Assembly: GCF_009914755.1 (NCBI RefSeq) | Contig: NC_060940.1 | DNA from: the human T2T-CHM13v2.0 reference genome, Homo sapiens | Length of the DNA: 64,000 nucleotides | Strand: one strand, 5' to 3' | Shown here: positions 41,001 to 54,600 of the stretch, in pieces | Position numbering within the stretch: the stretch's first letter is position 1 | Layout of the letters: every line of letters starts with the position of its first letter | The notes under the pieces: model-generated | What the model was told of the DNA's origin: nothing | The model's input: only the letters and a program-made list of their open reading frames with translations | The model's database searches: none | Position numbers and translations under genes: made by a program

Positions 41001-44000
41001 GAATCTTCATGTGGATATTTGGATAGCTTTGAAGATTTCGTTGGAAACGGGAATATCATCATATAAAATCTAGACAGATGCATTCTCAGAAACTTCTTTA
41101 TGATGATTGCATTCAAGTCACAGAGTTGAACATTCCCTTTCATAGAGCAGGTATGAAACACTCTTTTTGTAGGATCTGGAAGTGGACATTTGGAGCGCTT
41201 GAGGCCTATGGTGAAAAATAAAAATTCTTCCCATAAAAAGTAGACAGAAGCATTCTCCGAAACTTGTTTTTTGATGTGTGTACACAACTAACAGAGTTGA
41301 ACCTTTCTTTTGGTAGAGCAGTTTTGAAACACTCTTGTTATAGAATCTGCAAGTGGATATTTGGATTGCTTTGAGGATTTCGTTGGAAAAGGGATTATGT
41401 CCATATGAGAAGAAGAAGCATTCTCAGAAACTTCTTTGTGATATATGCATTCAAGTCCCAGAGTTGAACATTCCCTTTCATAGAACAGGTTTGAAACACT
41501 CTTTATAGTATCTGGAAGTGGACATTTGGAGCGCTTTGAGGCCTATGGTGAAAAATAAAATTTCTTCCCATAAAAACTAGACTGAAGCATTCTCAGAAAC
41601 TTGTTTCTGATGTGTGTACTCCACTAACAGAATTCAACCTTTCTTTTGATAGAGCATTATTGAAACACTCTTTTTGTAGGATCTGCAAGTGGATATTTGG
41701 ATAGCTTTGAGGATTTCGGAGGAAACGGGAATATCTTCATATAAAAATAGACAGAAGCATTTTAAGAAACTTCTTTGTGATGAATGCATTCATGTCCATG
41801 AGTTGAATATTCCCTTTCATAGAGCAGGTTTGAAACACTCTTTTTGTTGTATCTGGAAGTGGACATTTGGAGTGCTATGAGGCCTATGGTGAAAAGGGAA
41901 ATATCTTCCCATAAAATCTAGACAGAAGGATTCTCAGAAACTTGTTTTGGATATTTTTACTCAACTAACAGTGTTGAACATTTCTTTTGATAGTGCAGCT
42001 TTCAAACACTCTTTTTGTAAAATCTGCAAGTGGATATTTGGATAGCTTTGAGGATTTCGTTTTAAACGGGAATATCATCATATAAAATCTAGAGAGAAGC
42101 ATTCTCAGAAACTTCTTTGTGAAGTGTGCATTCAAGTCACAGAGTTTAACATTCCCTTTCGTAGAGCAGGTTAGAAACTCTCTTTTTGTAGTATCTGGAA
42201 GTGGACATTTTCAGCGCTTTTAGACCTATGGTGAAAATGGAATTGTCTTCCCATAAAAACTAGACTGAAGCATTCTCAGAAACTTGTTTGTGATGTGTGT
42301 ACTGAACTAACACAGTTGAAGCTTTCTTTTGATAGAGCAGTCCTGAAACACACTTTTTGTAGAATCTGAACGTGGATATTTGGAAAGATTTGAGGATTTC
42401 GTTGGAAACGGGAATATCTTCATTTAAATCTGGATATATTTATTCTCAGAAACTTCTTTGTGATGTTTGTATTCAAGTCACAGATTTGAACATTCCCTTT
42501 TACAGAGCAGGCTTGAAACACTCTTTTTGTAGTATGTGGAAGTGGACATTTTTAGCACTTTGAGGCCTATGGTGTAAAAGGTCATCTCTTCCCATAAAAA
42601 CTGGACTGAAGCATTCTCAGAAACTTGTTTCTTATGTGTGTACTCAACTAACAGAGTTGAACCTTTCTTTTGATAGAGCAGTTTTGAAACACGCTTTTTG
42701 TAGAATCTTCAGGTGGATATTTGGATTACTTTGAGGATTTCGTTGGAAACGGGAATATCTCCATATAAAAAGAAGAAGCATTCTCGGAAAGTTCTATGTT
42801 ATGTTTGTATTCAAGTAACAGAGTTGAGAATTCCCTTTCACAGAGCAAGTTGGAAACAGTCTTTTTGTAGTATCTGGAAGTGGACATTTGGAACTCTTTG
42901 AGGCCTATGATGAAAAAGGAAATATCTTCCAATTAAAACTAGACAGAAACATTCCCAGAAACTTGTTTGTGATGTGTGTACTCAAGTAACAGAGTTGAAC
43001 CTTACTTTTGATAGAGCAGAGCTGAAACACTCTGTCTGTTGAATCTGAAAGTGGATATTTGGATAGCTTTGAGGATTTCGTTGGAAACAGGATCATATAA
43101 AATCTAGACAGAAGCATTCTCAGAAACTTTTTATGATGATTGCATTCAAGTGACAGAGTTGAAATTTCCCTTTAATATAGCAGGTTTGAAAAACTCTTTT
43201 TGTAGTATCTGGAAGAGGACATTTGGAGCGCTTTGACGACTAAGGTGAAAAAGGAAAGCTCTTCCCCTAAAAACTAGACAGAAGCCTTCTCAGAACCTTC
43301 TTTGTGATGTGTGTACTCAACTAACAGAGTTGATCCTTTCTTTTGATCGAGCAGTTCTGAAACACTCTTTTTGTAGAATCTGAACGTGTATATTTTGATA
43401 GCTTTGATGATTTCGTTGGAAACGGGAATATCTTCATAAAAAATCTAGACAGAAATATTCTCATAAACTTCTTTGTGATGTTTTTATTCAAGTTACAGAG
43501 TTTAACATTCCCTTTCATAGAGCAGGTTTGAATCTCTCTTTTTGTAGTATCTGGAAGTTGACATTTTTAGCGCTTTTTGGTCTATGGTGAAAAAGGAAAT
43601 CAATTCCCATAAAAACTAGACTGAAGCATTCTCAGAAACTTGTTTCTGATGTGTGTACTCAACTAACAGAGTTGAACCTTTGTTTTGATAGAGCAGTTTT
43701 GAAACACTCTTGTTGTGGAATCTTCAAGTGGATATTTGGATTGCTTTGAGCATTTCGTTGGAAATGGAAATATATCCATATATAAAGAAGAAGCAGTCTC
43801 AGAAACTTCTTTGTGATGTTTGCATTCATGTAACAGAGTTGAACATTCCCTTTCACAGAGCCGGTTTGAAACAGTCTTTTTGTAGTATCTGGAAGAGAAC
43901 ATTTGGAGTGCATTGAGGCCTATGGTGAAAAAGGAAAAATCTTCCCCTAAAAACTACATAGAAGCTTTCTCAGAAACTTGTTTGTGATGTGTGTACTGAA

Positions 44001-47000
44001 GTAACAGTTTTGAAACTTTCGATTAATAGGGCAGTTTTCAATCTCTCTTTTTGTAGAATCTGCAATTGGATATTTGGATAGCTTTGAGGATTTCATTGGA
44101 AATGGGAATACCTTCGTATAAAATTTATACAGAAGGATTCTCAGAATCTACTTTGTGATGTTTGCATTCAAGTCACAGAGTTTAACATTCCCTTTCATAG
44201 AGCAGGTTTGAAACACTATTTTGTAGTATCTGGAAGTGGACATTTGGGCGTTTTGAAGCCTTTTTTTCAATAGGAAATATCTTCCCCTAAAAACTAGACT
44301 GAAGAATTCTGAGAAACTTGTTTGTTATGTATGTGCTGAAATAACAGACTTGGACCTTTGTTTTGATAGGGCAGTTCTGAAACACTCTTTTTGTTGAATC
44401 TGAACGTGGATATTTTGATAGGTTGGAGGATTTCGTTGGAAATGGGAAAATGTTCATATAAAATCTAGACAGAATTATTCTCAGAAACATCTGTGTGATG
44501 TTTGTATTCAAGTCACAGAGTTGAGCCTTCCCTTTCACAGAGCAGGTTTGAAACAGTCTTTCTGTGGTATCTGGATGAGGATATTTGGAGCGTTTTGAGG
44601 CCTATGGTGAACAAGGAAATCTCTTCCCATAAAAACTACACAGAAGCATTCTCAGAAACTCCTTTGTGATGTGTCTACTCAACTAACAGAGTTGAATCTT
44701 TCTTTTGATAGAGTAGTTTTGAAACACTCTTTTTGTAGAATCTGCAACTGGATATTTGGATAGCTCTGAGGATTTCGGTGGAAACGGAATATCTTCATAA
44801 AAAAAGTAGACAGAAGCATTTTCAGAAATTTATTTGTGATGTTTGCATTCAAGTCCCAGAGTTGAATATTCCCTTTCATAGAGCAGGTTTGAAAAACTCT
44901 TTTTGTGGTATCTGGAACTGGACATTTGGAGCGCTTTGAAGCCTATGGTGAAAAAGGAAAATCTTCCCATAAAAACCAGAAAGAAGCATTCTCAGAAGCT
45001 AGTTTGTGACGTGTGTACTGAACTAACAGTGTTGACGCTTTCTTTTAATAGAGCAGTTTTCAAACTCTCTTTCTGTTGAATCTGCAAGTGTATATTTGGA
45101 TAGCTTTGAGGATTTCGTTGGAAACTGGAATATCTTCATATAAAAAGTAGAAAGCAGCCTTCTCAGAAACTTCTTTGTGATGTTTACATTCATGTAAGGG
45201 AGTCGAACATTCCCTATCATAGAGGAGGTTTGAAACACTCTTTTTGTAGAATCTGGGAGTGGACTTTGGGATCACTTTGAAGCCTAGGGTGAAAAAGGAA
45301 ATCTCTTCCCATGAATACTAGAGAGAAGCATTCTCAGAAAGTTGTTTGTTATGTGTGCATTCTACTAACAGAGTTGAACCATTCTTTTGATACAGAAGTT
45401 CTGAAACGCTCTTTTGTAGAATCTGCAAGTGGATATTTGGATAGCTTAGAGACTTTCGTTGGAAAACAGAATATCTTTATATAAAATCTAGACAGAAGCA
45501 TTCTCAGAAAGTTCTTTGTGTTGTTTGCATTCCAGTCGCAGAGTTGAACATTCCCTTTCATAGAGCAGGTTTGAAACACTCTTTTTGTAGTATCTGGAAT
45601 TGGACATTTGGAGCTCTTTTACGTGTAAGGTGGAAAAGGAAATCTGTTTTCATGAAAACTAGACAGAAGCATTCTCAGAAACTTGTTTGTGATGTGTGTA
45701 CTCAACTAACAGAGTTTATCCTTTCTTTTGATAGAGCAGTTTTGAAACACTCGTGTTGTAGAATCTGCAAGTGGATATTTGGATAGCTGTGAGGAATTCA
45801 TTGGAAACGGGAATATCTTCATATAAAAAGTATAAGCATTCTCAGAAACTACTTTTTGATGTTTGCATTCAAGTCACAGAGTTGAACATTGCCTTTCACA
45901 GAGCAGATTTGAAACAGTCTTTTGTACTTTCTGGAGGTGGACATTTGGAGCGCTTTGGGGCCTATGGTGAAAAAGGGAATCTCTTCCATTAAAAACTAGA
46001 CAGAAGCATTCTCAGAAACTTGTTTGTGATGTGTGCACTCAACTAACACTGTTGAACCTTTCTTTTGATAGAGCAGTTCTGAAACTCTGTTTTTGTGGAA
46101 TCTGCACGTGGATATTTGGATAGCTTTGAGGATTTCGTTGGAAACGGGAATATTTACATATAGAAAGTGGAAGCATTCTCAGAAATTTCTTATTGTTGTT
46201 TGCATTCAAGTCACAGTTGAACATTCCCTTTCATAGAGCAGGTTTGAAACACTCTTTTTGTAGTATCTGGATGTGGACATTTGGAGCGCTTTGAGGCCAG
46301 TGGTGAAAAAGGGAATCTCTTCCCGTAAAAAGTACACAGAAGCATTCTCAGAAACGTGTTTGTGATGTGTGTACTCAACCAACGGAGTTGAAGCTTTCTT
46401 TTGATAGAGCAGTTCTGAAACACTCTTTTTGTAGAATCTGCACATGGGTGTTTTTGATGGCTTTGAGGATTTCATTGGAAACGGGAATATCTTCATATGA
46501 AACCTAGATAGAAACATTCCCAGTAATTTCATTAAGATGATATCATTCAAGTCAGACAGTTGAACCTTTCCTTTCACAGAGAAGGTTTGAAAAACTCTTT
46601 GTAGTATCTGGAAGTGTAAATTTAAAGCGCTTTGAGGCCTAGGATGAAAAAGGAAATATCTTCCCATAAAAACCTGACCGAAGCATTCCTAGAAACTTGT
46701 TTGTGATGTGTGTACTCAACTAACAGTGTTGAACGTTTCTTTTGATTGAGCAGTTTTGAAACACTCTTTTTGTGTAATCGGCAAGTGGATATTTGGATAG
46801 CTTTTAGGATTACATTGGTAACGGGAATATGTTCATATAAAACTGGACAGAAGCATTCTGAGATACATATTTGTGATGTTTGCATTCAAGTCACAGTGTT
46901 GAACACTCTTTTTCATAGAGCAGGTTTCAAATTCTCTTTTTTTGTTATCTGGAAGTGGACATTTGGAGTGCTTTGAGGCCTGTGTTGAAAAAGGAAATAT

Positions 47001-47244
47001 CTTCCCATAAAAACTAGACAGAAGCATTCTCAGAAACTTGTTTGTGAAGTGTGTACTCAACTAACGGAGTTGAACCTTCCTTTTGGTGGAGTAGTTTTGA
47101 ATCTCTCTTTTTGCAGAATCTGCAATTGGATAGTTGGATAGCTTTGAGGAATTCTTTGGAACGGGAATATCGTCATATAAAATGTAGACAGAAGCATTCT
47201 CAGGAACTTCTTTGTGATGTTTGCATTCAAGTCACAGAGTTGAA
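38011..47244 (+). repeat. Diverged SF2-like dimeric alpha satellite without a clean HOR, forward orientation
   Basis: Same A-box/B-box alternation and monomer signatures as 9.5-16.6 kb up to ~42 kb, then progressively more substitutions and small indels. Many B boxes are mutated. Confidence 0.88.
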
Positions 47245-48828
47245 TGGACTCGAATAGAATCATGAAATGAATCGAATGGAATCATCATCGAAGGTAATCC
47301 AATGGAATCAACATCGAATTGGTTCTAATGGAATCATCATCGAATGGAATCTGAAAGAATCATCCTCAAATGTATTCAAAAGGAATCATCAATGAATGGA
47401 ATGGAATGGAATTATTCAATGGAATCTAACGGAATCATCATTGAATAGAACAGAACGGAATCATCCTCAAATGGAAACTAACGGTGTCATCATTGAATGG
47501 ATTTGAATGGAATCATCATCGAATGTCTCCAAACGGAATCATCATCGAATGGAATCGAATGGAATCATCATCAAATTGAATCAAATGGAATCATCAAATG
47601 GAATCAAACCGAATCATCTAATGGACTCGAAAGGAATATTCATCAAATTGAATAAAATAGAATCATCTTTGAATGGACTCGAATGGAATCATTGAATGGA
47701 GTCGAATGCAAACGTCGTCAATGGAATCGAATGGAATCATCATCAAATGGAGTCAAAAGGAATCATCATTGAAAGGAAACGAATGGAATCATCATCAAAT
47801 GGAATCAAAAGGAAGCATCATCAAATGGAATCAAATGGAATCATCATCAAATGGAATCAAAAGGAAGCATCATCAAATGGAATCAAATGGAATCATCATT
47901 CAATAAAATTGAAAGGAATCATCAAATGGAATCAAATGGAATCATCATCAAAAGGAATCAAAGAGAGTCATCAAATGGAATTGAACTGAATCATCAAATG
48001 GTATCGAATGGAATCATCATCAAATGGACTGGAATGGAATCACCATCGAATGGAATAGAATGGAATCACTGAATGAAGTCGAATGGAATCATCATCCAAT
48101 GGACTCAAATGGAATTATCATCTAATGGAATCAAATGGAATTATTGAATGGACTTGATTGGAATCATTGAATGTACACAAATGGAATCATCATCGAATGG
48201 ACTCAAATGGAATGATCAAATGGACTCGAATGGAATCATTGATTGGGCCCAAATGGAATTATCGAATGGGCTCGAATGGAAATATCGAATGGACTCTAAT
48301 GGAATCATTATCAAACGGAATCAAATGGAATCATCAAAAGGAATTGAATAGAATCATCGAATGGACTAGATCAGAATCATGATCGAATGGAATCAAATGG
48401 AATCATCGAATGGAAACTATTGCAGTCATCATCAAATGGAACTGAATGGAATGATCATCAAATAAAATCGAATGGAATTATTGAATGGATTCGAATGGAA
48501 TCATCATCGAATGTAATCGAAAGGAATCATCATTGAATAGAATAGAATGGAATTATCAAATGTAATCAAATGGAATCATCGTCGAATGGAATTGAATGGA
48601 ATCATCAAATGGAATCCAATGGAATCATCATTGAATGGAATCGAATGGAATCATTATCAAATAGAATCAAATGGAATCATTGAAAGGTATCATCATCAAA
48701 TGGAGTCCAATGGAATCATCGAATTGACTCGAATGGAGTCATCATCGAATGGAATCAAATAGAATCATCGAATGGAATCGAATGGAATCATCATCAAATG
48801 GAATTGAATGATATCATGGAATGCTCTT

Positions 48829-49402
48829 GAATGGAATCATCAACGAATGGAATTGAATGGTATCATCCAATGGAATCGAATGGAATCATCTTTGAGTGGA
48901 ATCTAAAGGATTCACTAAGTGGACTCCAATGGAATAATCATCAAATGGAATCAAATGGAATTATCGAATGTACTCAAATGGTATCATCGAATGGAATCAA
49001 ATGGAGTCATCAAATGGATTTGAATGGTATAGTCATCGAATGGAATAACGTGGAATGATCAAAAGGACTCAAATGGAATCATGAACGGATTTGAATGGAA
49101 TCATCAAATACACTCGAATGGAATCATCAACGAATGGAATTGAATGGTTTCATCCAATGGAATCGAATGGAATCATCTTTGAGTGGAATCTAAAGGATTC
49201 ACTAAGTGGACTCCAATGGAATAATCATCAAATGGAATCAAATGGAATTATCGAATGTACTCAAATGGTATCATCGAATGGAATCAAATGGAGTCATCAA
49301 ATGGATTTGAATGGTATAGTCATCGAATGGAATAACGTGGAATGATCAAAAGGACTCAAATGGAATCATGAACGGATTTGAATGGAATCATCAAATACAC
49401 TC
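48829..49402 (+). repeat. Near-perfect 287-bp tandem duplication in HSat2
   Basis: Copies at 48829-49115 and 49116-49402 share the distinctive string tttgagtggaatctaaaggattcactaagtggactcc. One mismatch noticed (tggtatcatcc vs tggtttcatcc). Confidence 0.9.
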
Positions 49403-50909
49403 GAATGGAATCATCATCAAATGGAAATGAATGGAATCATCAAATGGAAATGAATGGAATCATTGTCAAATGGAATCATACGGAATCATCAAATGGACTC
49501 GAATGCAATCATTGAATGGACTCGAATGGATTCGTCATCGAATGGAATTGAATAGAATCATCGAATGGACTCGAATGGAGTGATCAAAAGGACTTGAAAG
49601 GAATTATCAAATGGACTCGAATGGAAGCATCGAATGGACCCTAACGGAATCATCATCAAATGGAAAAGAATGGAATAGTCAGATGGACTTGAATGGAATC
49701 ATCGAATGGACTCGAATGGAATCATCGAATGGAGTCTAAAGGAATCACCATTGAAATGAATCGAAAGGAATCATCAAATAAAATCGAATGTAATCGTCTA
49801 ATGGAATCTAACGGAATAATCTTCTAATGGAATCAAAAGGAATCACTGAATGGGATCGATAGCAATAATCATCGAATGGAATCAAATGGAATCATCATCG
49901 AATGGAAAGGAATAGAATCACCAAATGCACTCAAATATAATCATCATCGAAGGGAATCGAATGGAATCATCAATTGGAATCGAATGGAGTCATCATCAAA
50001 TGAAATTGAATGGAGTTATCAAATGTCATTGAATTGAATCATCACCAAATTGAGTTGGATGGAATCATCGAATGGACTCGAATGGAATCATCATTGAATG
50101 GAATCGAATGGATTCATCAAATGGACTCGAATGGAATTGTCATTGAATGGAATTGAATGGAATCATCAAATCGACTCAAATGGAGTCATCATCAAATGTA
50201 ATTGAATGGAATCATCAAATGAACACGAGTGGAATCATCATCAAATGAAATCGAATGGAATCATCGAATGGACATGAATAGAATCATCATCGAATGGAAT
50301 CAAATGGAATGATCAATTGGAGTCCAATGGAATCATCGAATGGACTCGAATGGAATCATCATCAAAACGAATCAAAAGAAATCATCATCAGATGGAATCA
50401 AATGGAAACCTCACTGAATGGAATCGAATGGAATCATCGAAGGGAAAGTGATGGAATCATCATCGAATGAAATCAAATAGAAGTATTGAATGAAATCAAA
50501 TTGAAACATAGTCAAACGGAATCGAATGGAAACATCATCGAATGGACTCAAAAGGAAACATCGTGGAATGGAATCGAGTGGAATCATCATCGAATGGAAT
50601 TGAATGGCAACATCATTGAATTGAATCAAATGGAATCATCATGGAATTGAATCAAATGGCTCATTGTCAAATGGAATCAAATGGAATCGTCAAATGGAAT
50701 CATCGAATGGAATCAAATGGATTAATCATCCAATGGAATCGAATGGAACCATCGACAAATCAAATGGAATCATCTTCAAATGGAGTCGAATGGAATTATC
50801 ATCAAATGGAATCTAATGGAATCATCAAAAATGGGAATTGAAAGGAATCATCATAGAATGGAATCGAATGGAATCATCAACGAATGGAATTGAATGGAAT
50901 CATCAACGA

Positions 50910-51670
50910 ATGGAATCGAATGGAATCATCATAGAAAGGAATCACAAGAAATCATTGAAAGGAATCGAACGGGATCATTAAATGGAATCAAATGGAATCA
51001 TCCTTGAATGGAATAAAATGGAGTCATCAAATGGACACGACTGTAATAATTAAATGGACTCGAGTGGAATCATAGAATGGAACCGAATGGAATCATCGAT
51101 TGGACTCGAATGGAATCATCATCAAATGGAATCGGATGGAATCAACGAAGGGAGTTGAATGGAATAATCGAATGGATTTGAATGGAATCAGCATCAAATG
51201 GAATCAAATAGAATCATTCAATGGACTCGAGTGGAATCATCATAGAATGGAATCAAATGAAATCATCATCAGATGGAATCGAATGGAATCATCAACGAAT
51301 GGAATCATCATAGAAAGAAATCATAAGGAATCATTGAAAGGAATCAAACGAGATCATCAAATGGAATCAAATGGAATCATCATTGAATGGAATCAAATAG
51401 AGTCATCAAATGGACACGAATGTAATAATTAAATGGACTCGAATGGAATCATGGAATGGAACTGAATGGAATCATCGATTGGACCTGAATGGAATCATCA
51501 TCAAATGGAATCGGATGGAATCAATGAAGGGAGTTGAATGGAATAATCGAATGGATTTGAATGGAATCAGCATCGAATGGAATCAAATAGAATCATTCAA
51601 TGGACTCTAGTGGAATCATCATAGAATGGAATCAAATGAAATCATCTTCAGATGGAATCGAATGGAATCA
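50910..51670 (+). repeat. Older ~379-bp tandem duplication in HSat2
   Basis: Landmarks atagaaag (50931/51310) and gggagttgaatggaataatcg (51150/51529) are both offset by 379. Several mismatches; boundaries approximate. Confidence 0.8.
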
Positions 51671-54600
51671 TCACTGAACAGAATCGAATGGAATCATCGA
51701 ATGGACTCGAATGGAATAATTGAATGGACTGGAGTGGAATCATATAATGGAATCAAACGGAATCATCTAACGGACTTGAATGGAATCATCGAATGGACTC
51801 GAATGGAATCATCATCAAATGGAATCAAATGGAATTATCAAATGGAATTGAATGGAATCATCATCGAATGAAATCGAATAGAAGCATCGAATGGAATCGA
51901 ATGGAATCATAGAATGGAATCAGACGGAATCATCATTGAATGGAATCGAATAGAAGCATTGAATGAAATCAAATAGAATCATCATCAAACGGACTCATAT
52001 GGAATCATCATCGAATGGACTCAAAGGGAATCATCGTTGAATGGATTCCAATGGAATCATCATCGAATGGAATCGAATGGAAACATCATCTAATTGAATC
52101 AAATAGAATCATCATGGAACTGAATCGAATTGCTCACCATCGAGTGGAATCGAATGGAATCATCGAATGGAATCGAATGGAATCATCATCAAATGGACTC
52201 GAATGGAATCATCATCGAATGGAATCAAATGGAATCATCATCGAATGGAATTGAAAGGAGTCATCATCGAATGGAATAAAATGGAATCATCCAATGGAAG
52301 AGAATTGAATCATCATCGAATGGAATCAAATAGAATCATCGAATGAAATCGAATGGAACCATCATCGAATAGAATTGAATGGAATCAACATCGAATGAAA
52401 CTGAATGGAATCATCATCGAATGGAATCGAATGGAATCATCATCGAATGGAATCAAATGGAATCATCCAATATAATAGAATTGAATCATCATTGAATGGA
52501 ATCAAATAGAATCATTGAATGAAATCAAATGGAATCATCATCAAATGGAATCAAATAATCAATTAACGGAATCGAATGGAATCATAGAATGGAATCCAAT
52601 ATAATCATCATTGAATTGAACCCAATGGAATCATTAAATGGCCTCGAATGGAAACATTGAAAGGACTCGAATGGAATCATCATCGAATGGAATAGAATGG
52701 AATCATCAAATGGAATCGAATGGGATCATCATCGAATGTAATCAAATGGAATCATCGAATGGACTCGAATGGAATCATCATTGAATGGAATTGAATGGAA
52801 TCATCGAATGGACTCGAATGGAATCATCATCGAATGGAATTGAAAGGAATCATCAAATGGACTTGAATGGAATCATTGAATGGACTCAAATGGAATCATC
52901 ATCGAATGGAATTGAAAGGAAACATTGAATGGACTCGAAAGGAATCATCATTGAATGGAATGGAATGGATTCACCAAATGGACATGAATGGAATCATCAT
53001 CTAATAGCATCGAATGGAATCATCGAATGGACTCGAATGGAATATCAGCAAATGGAATTAAATGCAATCATCGAATGGACTCCAATGGAATTATCGAATG
53101 GACTCGAATGGAATCACTATCGAATGGACTCAAATGGAATGATTGAATGGTGTTGAATGGAATCATCAATTGGACTCAAAAGGAATTATCGAATATCCTC
53201 GAATGGAATTATCAAATGGACTCGAATGGAATCATTATCTAATGGAATCAAAAGGAATCATCAAATGGAATCGAATGGAATCATTGAATGCAATTGATCA
53301 GAATCATCATCAAATGGAATCAAATGGAATCATCAAATGGAATCATTGAATGCAATTGATCAAAATCATCATCAAATGGAATCAAATGGAATCATCAAAT
53401 GGAATCGAATGCAGTCATCATCGAATGGAATCGAGTGGAATCATCATCGAATAGAATCGAATGGAATCATCAAATGGAAGCGAATGGAATCATCGTTGAA
53501 TGTAATCAAATGGAATCATCGAATGGAATTGAATGGAATCAGCATCGAATCAAATCAATTGGAATCATCATAGAATAGAATCGAATGGAAGTATAGAATG
53601 GAATCATCATCAAATGGAACCGAATGGTATCATTGAATGCACTCTAAAGGAATCATCAATGAATGGTATCGAATGGTACCATCAAATGGAATTGAATGGA
53701 ATAATGTTCAATTGGCAACGAAAGCAATCACCGAATGGACACGAATGGAATACTCATCGAAAGGAATCGAATGGAATCATCCAATGGAATCGAATGGAAT
53801 CATCACTGAATGGACTAGAGTGGAATCATTGAATGGACTAGAATGGAATCATCATTGTATGGAATCAAATGGAATCATCAAATGGAATCAAATGGAATCA
53901 TCATTGAATGTAATCAAATGGAATCATCATCGAATGAAATCAAATGGAATCATCATCAAATGGAATTGAAATGAATTAACGTTAAATGGAGTGGAATGGA
54001 ATCATTATCGAATGGAATCCAAAGGAATCATCATCGAATGGAAACGAATGGAATCGTCATCGAATGGAAATGAAAGGGGTCATTATCAAATGGAATTGCA
54101 TGGAATCATCATCGAATGAAATTGAATGGAATCATCATCAAATGGAATCTAATGCATGCATCGAATGGAATTGAATGGAATCATCATCGAATGAATTGAG
54201 TGGAATCATTGAATGGTCTCGAACGGAATTATTATCAAATGGAAATGGAAGTATTCACCGAATAGAATCGAATGGAATAATCATCAAACGGACTCGAATG
54301 GAATCATCATCAATTGGAATCGAAAGGAATTATTGAATGGAATTGAATTGAATCACCAAATGGACTTGAATGGAATCATCAAATTGAATGGAATGGAATA
54401 ATCAATGAACACGAAAGGAATCATCATTGAATGGAAACAAATGGAATCATCAAATGGAATCAAATGGAGTCATCATCGAATGGAATCAAAAATAATAATC
54501 ATCAAATGGAATTGAATGGAAACATCATTGAACAGAATCCAAATGAATCATCATCGAATGTAACCAAATGGAATCATCATTGAATGGAACCAAAAGGAGA

